A stretch of DNA of 64,000 bases from positions 57,961 through 121,960 of the forward strand of contig JAQGDQ010000536.1 of the NCBI GenBank assembly GCA_030141605.1. Direction: 5' to 3'. Below the pieces are notes generated by a model. It had not been told where the DNA came from. It made no database searches and saw nothing but the letters and a program-made list of their open reading frames with translations. The DNA is from Tubiluchus corallicola (Eukaryota; Animalia; Priapulida). Numbering within the stretch: position 1 is the stretch's first letter; every line of letters begins with the position of its first letter. Below are positions 12,936-24,484 of this stretch, piece after piece. The translations under genes were made by a program, and so were the position numbers.

Positions 12936-14229
12936 TTTTTTCTTCCAGAGAAACGTTTACCCATGCACATCCCACGGTCGAACATTTTATACGTCTTTTA
13001 CCGAAAGTTCCGAATTGCGCCTTAAGAACCCCCATCCAATAAGTACCTTTAGCAAGCTTATGCATGACCGTGTATCAAGTCAGGGTCTGCCGGAGGCTTT
13101 CAAGCATGCGAAATAACACTGACCCAAAAACGTACGCGAAATAACACTGACCCAAAAACGTACGTACGAATGGCGGTTTTACTTTTCATAGTACAAACCA
13201 GTTATTTCTGGCACACCATAAGTAGGTATCCTGGGACCGATTTTAATTGTATTGTTTATAAACCATCTTCCCGATGTCTTTGATCCTGGAAATTGTAAAC
13301 TTTATGCTACGTGCAAAGGCCACTGTCTATTGGTTGACGCCATTGCGAAATTTGGATAGATGGTCTGATACCTGACAACATTCAGTTGCATTTCAAACTC
13401 ACTAGGCTTCATTTAAGCTACAGGAATCCACGCCTCCCGTATTTCTAAATGGCTTTCCTTTTGGTACTTAAGATGAATGCAGTGGTTTGGGTATTTTCTG
13501 CATATTGTAAGCAACAACAACGAAAACTTTTCATATAACTACCATGATTTTCCCACGACCAAGTCCAAAACAATACCTGCATTGAAAGGGTTCAGCGTTA
13601 TGTTGCCCGCAGGTTTTTGATGGATGCCACTTAGGATACATCCCATATATGAGTAGATTAGTTAAAACTGATTTGCAGCCGCTCGTAGTGAGGCACATTA
13701 GTTTGCTTTAAAACGATATATAACACCATGCATAAACTGGCAGAGTTAAATTTTTTTTTAAGATTTCTTCACTTTTGCCCCCCCCCCACGCACTTGCGAA
13801 GACTGTAAACTATTTAATCAATTCTTCTATGTTGAACTTGTATAAATTGTGGTTTCTCAAACAGAATTGGAATGACCTCAGTTACGACATTGTCAATTCA
13901 TCCAGTCTGTCAGTTTTTAGTAGGAAGCTAACCGAAACTTGTTTGTTAACATATTGCAAATTTAATAGATTTTTATGAAACATTATTACGCTAGTTCAAG
14001 GATCTCTCCCTATTTTGATAAATTTACACTTTGTATGTGTTTTGTGGATTCTTTTATTTTATCGCATTTTTAGTGTGAGTAATGTGAATTTTATCCGATG
14101 TAAACATGCATTTCAATTAAGTGCAAACAATGGGCAACATAATTATAATTAATGTAATATATATATTATACTAATTATTATACAAAAAGTAAAGTACATT
14201 TAATTTGATGTATGATTCTCTTTTCACTT

Positions 14230-14505
14230 TTTGGTACAGCTAACATTATCGACAATCAGTTCGCTTTTGCTTACTTAGCGACATTGCATAAACTACAATT
14301 CAGTTGAAAGATCACTTTATACTATAAACTTTGCAGAATTTTTCTGAGCTTCTTGAAGCACTTGCATGTCTGGTAACAATTGCGGCCCAAGTTGAGCAAT
14401 AATTATAATTTGTGAACAGCATAATTGTACAGTATAGTTTAAAGTAGCGTGTTTTAAATCCTTTAGGACCGCACCATTCGAAATAAGTCTTATAAGATCT
14501 ATGAC
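14230..14505 (-). mobile_element. Highly degenerate CR1/L2-like LINE ORF2 3' fragment
   Basis: Frameshifted translation ...KLYCTIM..NYCS / QLGPQLLPDMQVLQEAQKNSAKFI resembles the post-RT 'LYxxxVRxxLxYCSQxWxP..KDIxxLExxQxxATKxI' segment. Confidence 0.35.
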
Positions 14506-15056
14506 TTCTGCTACTGTAAGAACACAGACCTAACTAAACGATTACATAAACACAGACATTTATTTTCTGCTACTGTAAGAACACAGACATAACTAAACGA
14601 TTACATAAACACAGACAGTTATTTTCTGCTACTGTAAGAACAGGCATAACTAAACGATTACATAAACACAGACATTTATTTTCTGCTACTGTAAGAACAC
14701 AGACATAATTAAATGATTACATAAACACAGACATTTATTTTCTGCTACTGTTAGAACACAGACATAACTAAACGATTACATAAACACAGGCATTTATTTT
14801 CTGCTACTGTAAGAACACAGACATAACTAAACGATTACATAAACACAGACAGTTATTTTCTGCTACTGTAAGAACAGGCATAACTAAACAGTTACATAAA
14901 CACAGACATTTATTTTCTGCTACTGTAAGAACACAGACATAATTAAATGATTACATAAACACAGACAGTTATTTTCTGCTACTGTAACAACAGGCATAAC
15001 TAAACGATTACATAAACACAGACATTTATTTTCTGCTACTGTAAGAACACAGACGT
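14506..15056. repeat. Minisatellite, 57-59-bp unit, about 9.5 copies
   Basis: Unit ttctgctactgtaagaacacagacataactaaacgattacataaacacagacatttatt. Confidence 0.95.
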
Positions 15057-15257
15057 AACCAGGCGCTTCTGCTTGTATGTATATCTGCATGGTGAGGATT
15101 CGTGTATCAGTTTTAAAAACTGTGTAATCTCAGCTAAATAAACTATGTTTAACTTAAATTTAGTTGTAAACACTCACAGTGTTCTTTTAAAAGTACTTAT
15201 AAAACTACTATATACTTTCTTTGTAACTTTTGCAAAAGCACAAGACAATAGCATTAC

Positions 15258-15339
15258 CTGACTAAGTTCCGCAGGTGTAGAAAAGTATTTTGTTAAGCCT
15301 TTGATTAGCCTTCTGTCAACAAATTCATTTTCTCCGTAC
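15258..15339 (-). CDS. M1 aminopeptidase exon (penultimate)
   Basis: tttcag|...CAG|gtaatg, 82 nt. Encodes (K)YGENEFVDRRLIKGLTKYFSTPAELSQ. Confidence 0.88.
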
Positions 15340-15537
15340 CTGAAAAATTGATAAATATTTTAAAAATTACCACTGTGACCTTTATGACCTCTATGACCTG
15401 ACATAGAGCTATAAAGGCAATTTTGACTAAGCTAAAATTAGCAGTGGCTTTTTTATTGTTGCTTAAAACGCAAATTTATGATTGTTCGCTCTCTTCTTGT
15501 GTGAGTCGTGACCAACGATAATTTTATTTGTAGTTAT

Positions 15538-16245
15538 GCTGGGTGGCACAGAAAAAATCTGCCGAAGTTTGGACAACAATAATATTAGAAACAAGAACCC
15601 TAAAAGTGATAATACAATTCATTAGTGGTTGGTTGGCATCCTTCTGTCTCGGAAGACAATGGAGTGTGCGCCAAGAGAGTCAGTTATTGATCACATTGAT
15701 GGAGCTGCAGCGTCGAGTGTGGCTAGGCAGTCCGATCTTTGAACTTCTCCAGGGCGCATGCCTGGGCAAGGTGTATGGAGATCCTGAGTTGCCCAGACAA
15801 CAGGAACCCCCTCTCTTCCTCGCAGTCATAAAAATGTTGCCAAGAAAATTTAAGAATTTTCCTGGTGTTGTGTGGTATCTGGAATTTTCTTAAAGAGAAA
15901 GTGTACAATGGCTAGCTAGCCGTTTGATGCAGAGGGACTAAAGCGTAAAAAGGGCAGAGGTACTGGGGGACCAAAATGCCCTTTAAAGAAAGTGATAAAC
16001 TGCATCAGCTGTTCGAGAAAACGCCTTCATTTATCAATTGCGATACACAAAGTTTTTTCAGACATTTTTTTACTTTTCGTTTTCGAACCTTTATATTTTT
16101 GTAAAAATTCGGGAAGTGACCTAAATTTTTTGTGTTTGTACACAATAGTCTGTGACATTAGTGTGGTTATTTTTAATTGATTAGGATTTGTTATTCTTAT
16201 AATATCGTTGTAAAAATTTCGGCACAATTTTTGGGCCACCTGGTG
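15538..16245 (+). mobile_element. Degenerate Tc1/mariner-type element
   Basis: Imperfect TIRs: ctgggtggcacagaaaaaatctgccgaagtt and aaatttcggcacaatttttgggccacctggtg|ta. Internal WSVRQES..TLMELQRRVW...ELLQGAC resembles a Tc1 transposase C-terminus. Confidence 0.45.
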
Positions 16246-16276
16246 TATCCATTGAAAAGTTCAAGAATTGACGTAC

Positions 16277-16417
16277 TTCCTCCGAATTTTGTCCCAATTC
16301 TTTATCGCAAATCTCCAGGAAAAATATCGACCGACTGGGTTCTTGGCTACAGAAGATATGACCTTCACCACGTCTGAGCCACGAATATCCTCAGATTCCA
16401 AAGCTAATTGTAGATAC
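16277..16417 (-). CDS. M1 aminopeptidase exon
   Basis: tttcag|...AA|gtacgt, 141 nt. Encodes (R)YLQLALESEDIRGSDVVKVISSVAKNPVGRYFSWRFAIKNWDKIRR(K). Confidence 0.92.
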
Positions 16418-17349
16418 CTGAAAGATGAATGAGATGCTTGCATATTTATTATTATTATAAGTGATACAATAAGCTGTCTATTTGCAGGGCACGTAAATAC
16501 AAAAATGTTAAATAAATCTTTACATTATGTACATAAAATAAATTTTTGCTAGTTATCTCACTTGCTTGCTATTTGCTTCTATTATGTGTGTCTGTTTGCT
16601 TGTATTTTTGTTTGTTTGCTTACTTGTTTATTGCATGGTTAATTGGTTGGAAATCAGTACATTTCTGTCTTATTTTGCTTAACTTTTGTTATTATTATTA
16701 AAAATCTTTATTAAAAATGATACAATAAGCCCTCTATCTGCAGGGCAACATTTGCAAGTACAAAAATGTTAAATAAATCTTTACATTATGTACATTAAAT
16801 AAATTTTTACGTTAAATCCTACAAAGTTACCATTTTCTTACTAAACAAGATGACAAATTTCCATTACGATTTAATATTCTAATTACATATCTAATATTTG
16901 CGTATAATGTTCATACCAGACATGGCATATTAACCAGGCATTATGTAATAATGGCTAACTATGTAATGTATGTACGCTTTTATATAGTGTCAATTTCACG
17001 CATGCGCCCTATGGTGTAACTTTTTCTATCACAACTGCACGTTTTAAAGGTGGTTCGAATTTCGAAGGCTTTTCAACATTTTGGGAAGATGCAGCACAAG
17101 TGTGAAATTTGATGACATTACATGAAAGATAACAGACTCCTTTTCCTGCACATATTATACATTCTGTGGTTACCCTATGCTAAGTAAGAAACTTCGTCAA
17201 TGCAAAGTAGTAGGCTGCTTTTATATATGTATATAGCAACATAGATACTCTATGTACATTTATCATCAGTCTGGCAGTTAGATGTTTCGAGATAAGTGTC
17301 CAATCTCCCTATGCATAGATTCATAATAACAATACCAATCCTTATTTAT

Positions 17350-17465
17350 AGTGGCTTTTGGATAAACCAACAGCAGGTACCATTTTAAGAGTCTGTTATG
17401 ACGAACCTCAGTATCGAACTCACGATCTCCCAAACGGAAAGCTGTCGTGTTACCACGAAACTACA
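17350..17465 (-). mobile_element. tRNA-derived SINE fragment (family 1)
   Basis: Minus strand reads ttccgtttgggagatcgtgagttcgatac...gtcataacagactcttaaaatggtacctgctg, homologous to 6265-6390. Confidence 0.5.
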
Positions 17466-17597
17466 GGGTCTGGTTTATTCATGTGTTTTCTATACCGTGA
17501 TGGAAAAACTTGCCGTGAAAAAGGCAGAAAATGGAAAACCTGAAGTCTAAAGTTCTAGACTACAGGTGAGCCGTTATTAAATTAAACTATTTCTCAC

Positions 17598-17765
17598 CTG
17601 TTCAGTATCCAAGGTTCTTTACTGCAACCCATGGCATTGAGCAGCTTGGCTCTCTCGTTGGCTAGTCTAGTTTTCCCCAGGTTATCCCAAGCAAAATCCC
17701 ATTCTCCCACATTGCCGTTGTGTATAGCAGTACAGTAGACAAATTCACGGAAATTTGCTTTAATT
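17598..17765 (-). CDS. M1 aminopeptidase exon
   Basis: tcacag|...AG|gtgaga, 168 nt. Encodes (E)IKANFREFVYCTAIHNGNVGEWDFAW...ERAKLLNAMGCSKEPWILN(R). Confidence 0.93.
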
Positions 17766-18500
17766 CTGTGAAAGATAAGTACGTTCAAATGTAACTGTTG
17801 TAAACTTTGATAAAACAAAGACATCAAAACTAAAATGTGATTAAGAAGAAACATTTTTTTCTAAATTATCCAAACTGTATGATACCAAGAAGTACTATGT
17901 TTAACAAGGTTTGTGCTGTACATAGTAACAATGACATTAGTAATTTGGCAGTGAGAAATATTGTAAATTTCTTACTCCGCGGAGATGAAAATTTAGGTTA
18001 TGTAGGTAACTTTAAAATATTTGATTGCGTACGGATGTTTATAACTGAATCGAGACGTTTTAGATAATTGATTAATTCTCAGAAATTTGCTTTAATTCTC
18101 CGACAGAAAAAGAGAAGGGGCTCTTACAACGTGACCACAAAGCGACAAACGGCTAGGCAAGTTTTTCTTCACCAAAATCACATCAAGGCAACATACAAGA
18201 AAGTCGTTTCTCAACTTTGACAAAAGTAAGACATCAAAACTGATATATAATAAAGAAGATGTGATTAAGAAGAAATATAATATAAACATTTTTTTCTAAA
18301 CTGTTCAAACTGATACCAAGAAATAATATGTTTAACAAACTTAATGCTTTATATAGTAACAATGACATTAGAAGTTTAGCAGTGAGAAATACTGTAAATT
18401 TGTTACTCCACGGAGATGAAAATCTAAGTTACCTAGATATCTGTTAAATTTTTGATTGTGTACAGTTGTTTATAGCAGAATCGAGACGTTTTAAATAATG
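17750..18500. repeat. Local tandem duplication (about 330 and 420 bp) beginning in the exon 5' end
   Basis: gaaatttgctttaattct ... gacatcaaaact ... gataccaagaa ... ggagatgaaaat ... gaatcgagacgttt occurs at 17750-18070 and again at 18082-18500. Confidence 0.8.
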
Positions 18501-18753
18501 ATTACTGGAATTGATATGTGTATTGTGTTATACATATAGTGAAGATGCATGTTAAATTTGCTAAGCGGGGAGTGTCCGCGCTAAACTTTCTGGCACAAAC
18601 CGCGTAATAAAATGTAATTGGTTGATGTGAATAGTGATTCTTTGACGAATGTTTCATACAGTAGCAATTTTTCTGTTGAGTATAAATTTTTCTTGAGTAT
18701 TTGAATGTTACCATTTTGATTTTAAAAGTAACTCATCATATTAAAAAGAACTA

Positions 18754-19230
18754 CAGCCAGCCTCGGGTATAAGGTACTCGCTTATAAGGGACCACCAACA
18801 CCGGTTCCGATTTTTCGTAACGTTTTTCTTTCGTATATAAGGTTCTCGGATATAAGAGACTTTCAGTTATAAGGGACGATATCTTCAGGTCGCGCGTAAC
18901 AGAAACCCAGGTAAATTACCCCCCCCCCACCATATAAGGAACCCTACGATCAAAGTGAAATTGATTGATTTTTAACCTCAATTTTTCACAAACTCGGCCT
19001 TCGAACAGCTCGCTTTCGTCACATACATCTCGCATCACTGAAGGAGCTTCTTACATACTGTCTGCACTGAATGTGTAGCAATTATCCATAAAAATATGCG
19101 TAAAAGTACAGAAAAGTACAGGCCTAGATATACACCCTCGGTCTGACTCAACTTCGGCTAAAAGGGACATTCGATATAAGGGACGGTTTTTCTCCGGTCC
19201 GGAGGTGTCCCTTATATCCGAGGTTGACTG
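18754..19230. mobile_element. Tc1/pogo(Tigger)-type MITE
   Basis: ta|cagccagcctcgggtataagg ... ccttatatccgaggttgactg|ta: TIRs with TA target duplication. Internal ataaggga subterminal repeats. Confidence 0.8.
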
Positions 19231-19351
19231 TATTATTGCTTGAATTACAATTATTATTATTAGAAGTAGTGTGGTGCTGGTATTTGAATAAAAAATGTAG
19301 ATCTATTTAAAACTTATTTTCTAACAAATGCCACAAGTAAATAAAACTCAC

Positions 19352-19459
19352 TCATTAACTTGATTGCGCATCCACATGTTGTACTGAAGATTCGCCTGGT
19401 AATTGCACTCAACATTTCCAAATTTACAGGCAGCTTCCAGGATTTTTATTCTCATATGT
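19352..19459 (-). CDS. M1 aminopeptidase exon
   Basis: ttctag|...GA|gtgagt, 108 nt. Encodes (R)HMRIKILEAACKFGNVECNYQANLQYNMWMRNQVN(E). Confidence 0.88.
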
Positions 19460-20064
19460 CTAGAAAATAAATTACGATCGGTCTAAATTACATAATACGA
19501 AATGTTTCAAAAGTTTCTTATTATTTCGCATTACGTGTTTTACTAACTTCCTTATCTTTGTAAACTGTATATTTTTATACGAAATAAACTCATAATAATA
19601 ATAATAATAATAATAATTTCAAGAATATTAAAATGTATTAAAAATATTAAAATACGTATTATGTGAAAATAATCAAACGACAACATTCAGTTTACTTTTC
19701 AAGAGAATTTTGTTGACATAATAACCTGGGACCGTAAGATTGCTGCAACGTTTATACTGCTGCATAACACACTCATTTTTCATATAATGAAGCAATACAG
19801 AGATTGTACAACAATCTAGAATCAGCATGGCAGCAAAAGAAAAACAGCACTTCAAATTCAGACTCATGAAATGACCAACTACCGAACTTCCACCAGATGA
19901 ATGTCACCAACAGTCAATTATAGACTGGTGCACATCAAATTAGCGAAAGTCTTCCAAAAACACCATTATTACGTAAAACATAGTTAATTAAAAAATTAAA
20001 ATATGAATAATAATCTTATTCAAAGTCGGCTTTTACATAAACAATTAACGTAAGTCCAAATATT

Positions 20065-20906
20065 TCGTCGATAAAGATTTTGAGTTACTTAGTCAACATA
20101 AAATTTACCAACCTCGTCGATAAAGATTTTGAGTTAACTGAGTCAACATAAAATTTACCAACCTCGTCGATTAAGATTTTGAGTTACTGAGCCAACATAA
20201 AATTTACCAACCTCGTCGATAAACATTTTGAGTTACTGAGTCAATATAAAATTTACCAACCTCGTTGATAAAGATTTTGAGTTACTGAGTCAACATAAAA
20301 TTTACAAACCTCGTCGATAAAGATTTTTGAGTTACTGAGTCAACATAAAATTTACCAACCTCGTCGATAAAGATTTTTGAGTTACTGAGTCAACGTAAAA
20401 CTTACCAACCTCGTCGATAAACATTTTGAGTTACTGAGTCAACATAAAATTTACCAACCTCGTCGATAAACATTTTGAGTTACTGAGTCAACATAAAATT
20501 TACCAACCTCGTCGATAAACATTTTGAGTTACTGAGTAAATATCAAATTTACCAACCTCGTTATTAAAGATTTTGAGTTACTTAGTCAACATAAAATTTA
20601 CCAACCTCGTCGACAAACATTTTTGAGTTACTGAGTCAACGTAAAACTTACCAACCTCGTCGATAAACATTTTGAGTTACTGAGTCAACATAAAATTTAC
20701 CAACCTCGTCGATAAACATTTTGAGTTACTGAGTAAATATCAAATTTACCAACCTCGTTATTAAAGATTTTGAGTTACTTAGTCAACATAAAATTTACCA
20801 ACCTCGTCGATAAAGATTTTTGAGTTACTGAGTCAACGTAAAACTTACCAACCTCGTCGATAAACATTTTGAGTTACTGAATCAACATAAAATTTACCAA
20901 CCTCGT
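20065..20906. repeat. Minisatellite, about 49-bp unit, about 17 copies, including the exon donor site
   Basis: Unit aaaatttaccaacctcgtcgataaacattttgagttactgagtcaacat. On the minus strand each unit contains ACGAG|GTTGGTAA, the real donor at 20902/20901. Confidence 0.95.
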
Positions 20907-20981
20907 TGCCATGTCTTCGCCATCTTCTTCGTTCCAACCGTAAGCAGTATACATTTGAGCACTTTGAAGCAAAACGTATCG
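20902..20981 (-). CDS. M1 aminopeptidase exon
   Basis: tttcag|...AG|gttggt, 80 nt. Encodes RYVLLQSAQMYTAYGWNEEDGEDMAT(R). Phases fit both neighbours. Confidence 0.85.
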
Positions 20982-21606
20982 CTGAAACACAGAATACAAT
21001 AACCTGTTTAAAAGTAGCACAAAAAACATAAGACAATTTCAAAACACATGCAGTATCCTGTTGAGTTTGAACAAATCTGTAAGAGTATTAAGTTGCTTAG
21101 ATTAAATTACTCAAACCTGAGTGTTCTGGAAACTAGTATCGAAGTTACTCAACTTCTGAAAACTAAACAATATTCTGCATGTTTGGGAACCAGGTAATCT
21201 AACCTGGGAACCAGGGAACCAGGTAATCACCTGCATTCTTTTTCCACAGTAATCTTAATAAAACGTGACTATGCTTAACAGGTTACTCAACACTTTCTAA
21301 TCATGATCACAGTTTTTCTTAGTTCTCGCTCCATTTCATCTTTCATTCACTACTCCCCCCACATTTATGTATATATATTATCATTATTTTAATTATTAAT
21401 CCTTTCTTTAAGATTTCCACGTACAGTTTGGCCTGTCAAGCTATGCTTTTAGGCTCAAACTGTATGCATCAAAATGCTTCTATAATGTAATTTGCACCTG
21501 TATATGCTGCATAAGAATCTCTTTTGTATTTTCTGGATTATATTGCATTTATATTTATATTTACTTGATTGCAAAATTATCTGTATTGTTATTATAACTG
21601 TAAGAT

Positions 21607-21937
21607 TGTTGTGGAGATCTGGAATATTCTATAGTATAATAGAACAATCTTCTTACCTTGTAGAAGTTTCTAGAACTTTCTATTTCTAGATTGTTCCTTA
21701 GCACTGATATATAAGGCGGAGCTGGCCGCTGAAGTTTATTCTCTTGTATTCTCGTATTCTCAGATTCTCAGATACGCTTTCTTGCTTTCTCGTTTCCAGA
21801 TTATCACATTTACTCTAAACATTTCGCGTTCCTTCATACTTTTGTGTTGTAGAATTCTCGTATAATAAACTAGTTTAATTTGACGACGTGTTTTCTGGTT
21901 TTCTCTACCAGACGTCCGAGAGAAACAAAACAAAACA
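21607..21937 (+). mobile_element. Solo LTR of an LTR retrotransposon
   Basis: Begins TGTT and ends AACA, flanked by the 5-bp duplication AAGAT (21602-21606 and 21938-21942). Internal TATATAA and AATAAA. 331 bp. Confidence 0.8.
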
Positions 21938-22787
21938 AAGATGAAGTGTGGAAATAAATAAACTTAAACTTAAAACTTAAACTTTCTAGCAGCATCATTT
22001 ATGTGACTCAAAACGTATTAATAACAATTAGTTGTTCGTGCAAATATTATAAATTGTGTAACGAGTAAATCAGTAATCGATAGGATCAGTATTACTTACT
22101 TTGAGTCCCTGCAGTTACTCTGATTAGACAGCAAGTTACTCACACAGTGTCAACGTCATTGCATTGTGCAAGCTGGAATTTGCATATCACATCCTGGTGT
22201 CTGAATTACTACCTAAACTTCTTTATTAGGGCATTAATTAGTCTATTCGCTATCTTTTCTCTACCTTCATAACTTTTTACTGTAACAAGCCTTTTCACAG
22301 TTTTGTTGTGCGCATGCTCAGTTGCTGCAGGTCTTAAGAGTACCATAGCGTCTTAACTATAACCGTCACCTGACATGTGTGTAAAGCAAATCTGTCTACC
22401 ACATCAGTCACATAAGTTCAATTGTTTTACTTGGACTTTACTTAATTATGCATTAGTCTGTGCGTATCGTGATTTACTAGCAGGATATTGGTTGGGAACA
22501 AGAAAATTGAACCAGGTAAGGTTCTAGCTAGCTGCTAAACCTGTTACTATTAAAACAGCTTGGGCTGCGAGGCGTTTTCAAGCGTACACAAATGCTTTGT
22601 CTGGTGCAGTTAACCTTTGATCTTTTCACGATCATCATCAATCGCTGGACCTGTGAAAAGGCTTATTATTTTTCATTACCTACCTATTAATAAAGGTTGT
22701 TCTATAGAGAACAGAAATTTATAAATAAATGAAAATTGAATTAAATTGGGATGAGCTTTTCTTGCTTCTTGTGCTGCCTATGCGTAC

Positions 22788-22991
22788 CTTAAAATCGCCG
22801 TAGCACCGTGACCATGCCAGCAGACCATACCACTCATGTAGAGTATTCAGTAACAACTCCCACGGGAGAGATTCAACCTCGCCATCCATATACTGGGTGA
22901 GTCTTAGAGGAATGGTCTGGTCCACATAGCCAGCCCTGGCTAACCAAAATGCGTCGTCAATTAACTGAGCTCGGTTTAATGGATTTATTAA
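22788..22991 (-). CDS. M1 aminopeptidase exon
   Basis: tttcag|...AAG|gtacgc, 204 nt. Encodes LINPLNRAQLIDDAFWLARAGYVDQTIPLRLTQYMDGEVESLPW...YGDFK (conserved NRAQLIDDAF). Confidence 0.95.
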
Positions 22992-23066
22992 CTGAAATAA
23001 GAAAACAGCTATAAAGTTGGTTCAGTGAGTCTATTAAAGCAAGCAGAAAGTCATTAAACTTTTTAT

Positions 23067-23573
23067 CAGTGGCGGCTCGTGTATAGGTACTGTGGTACTG
23101 CAGCACACCCTGTTTCACTCATTATTATCGATAATATTCAATATAATAATCTTTTTTCTTTAGTTCTTTTTTTATACTTGTGCGGAACCGATGCAAGTGA
23201 GGGAAGTACAATTTGCTTCACAACCCTAGTAACGTGGTGTTTGGCTGCTGTGCGCATGCGGAGATGCACATGTCAGGAATAAGACGCTGTACTTTAAGTA
23301 GAAAGAGTACTGTCACTCACGCAGTATATGTTGTCAGTTGTCACGTGTTTAAAAGCCGAATACAGTATATTCCTGAACAATTTAGGCTATTCGCAAGAAA
23401 ACAATATTTTTTGTTTAGAAGTTTGTCAAAGTTATGTTTAAATTAGTTTGTTTGTTTGTTTAAAATTACAATACAACATTATAATTACATAATGTTTGTT
23501 TCGTTTTACACAATGGCTAAATTTTTTTAATTTAGCAGCACCCCCAACTAATTTTAGCTACGAGCCGCCACTG
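23067..23573. mobile_element. hAT-type MITE
   Basis: TIRs cagtggcggctcgt / acgagccgccactg. 8-bp flanks ctttttat / cttttaat match at 7 of 8 positions. Confidence 0.8.
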
Positions 23574-23685
23574 CTTTTAATGGCCAAGTTTATGGGTTAA
23601 TGTAGCTCACAAGATTTTGTAAACAAAATTAGATCACGGGGTGTTATCAGAAAACATCGTAAGGATGCGAATTCCACTGGCTTAC

Positions 23686-23810
23686 CAACATATTGCTGCT
23701 GATTATGCCTTCCCAGTTTTCGGGATTGTAATTCACGCGGAAGTATCCTTGTCGATACACGTTTCCCAATACCCATCCGTCTCTCTCAACGTTTACATCA
23801 TCCAATGTCA
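23686..23810 (-). CDS. M1 aminopeptidase exon
   Basis: ttatag|...TTG|gtaagc, 125 nt. Encodes (M)TLDDVNVERDGWVLGNVYRQGYFRVNYNPENWEGIISSNML (conserved GYxRVNY..NW). Confidence 0.93.
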
Positions 23811-24484
23811 CTATAACAAACGTAACATCTCTAGTTGCATGCTTTTAAGTTTTAACAACCACATTTTAGAAAAACAAACTTTGATAATGAAAAGGTCAAA
23901 GGTTAAGTGTACCAGACAATGCATCTGTGTACACTTAACAACGACTCGCAGCCCATGCTATTGTAATAATAACAATTTTAACATGTTTTAACAGCTAGCT
24001 AGAACCTTGTCTAGTTCGTTTTTCTTGCTCCCAAGCAAGATCCTGCTAGTAAATCACTCGATGCACAGACTAATGCATAATTGAGAAAAGTCCACGCAGA
24101 ACAAGTAAGTAACTGAACTGATGCGGTAAACGGCTTTGTTTTACGCGCTGGGAGGTTGTAGTTATGACGCGTTGCTGTGACACACTTTAAGCGTGCACAA
24201 CGAGACACAAAAAGACTTAATGATGTAACCTGTAGAATATCACTCTACCTAATTTTGAGTAAAGTTGATTTGACACAACGAATCTAGAGGTTGTTTAAAA
24301 GTAGGCGAATCCTTTGGCCGTCAACATTCACGGGAGGGGGAAAAACTCTGACGGCGATCCAACCTAAAATTGACTTTGCAGGGACAGAAAGGGTCATCAT
24401 TTGCCAAATTTCTCAAAACTTTTGTTATTCTACATATTACAGATCACTCTATTATATTTCACTCTAAAATTCTACGAGCCACAT

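Noticed and set aside
23641-23991. Plus-strand ORFs at 23641, 27142, 27146, 29407, 35596 and 44715
   Set aside because: They are antisense shadows of aminopeptidase exons.
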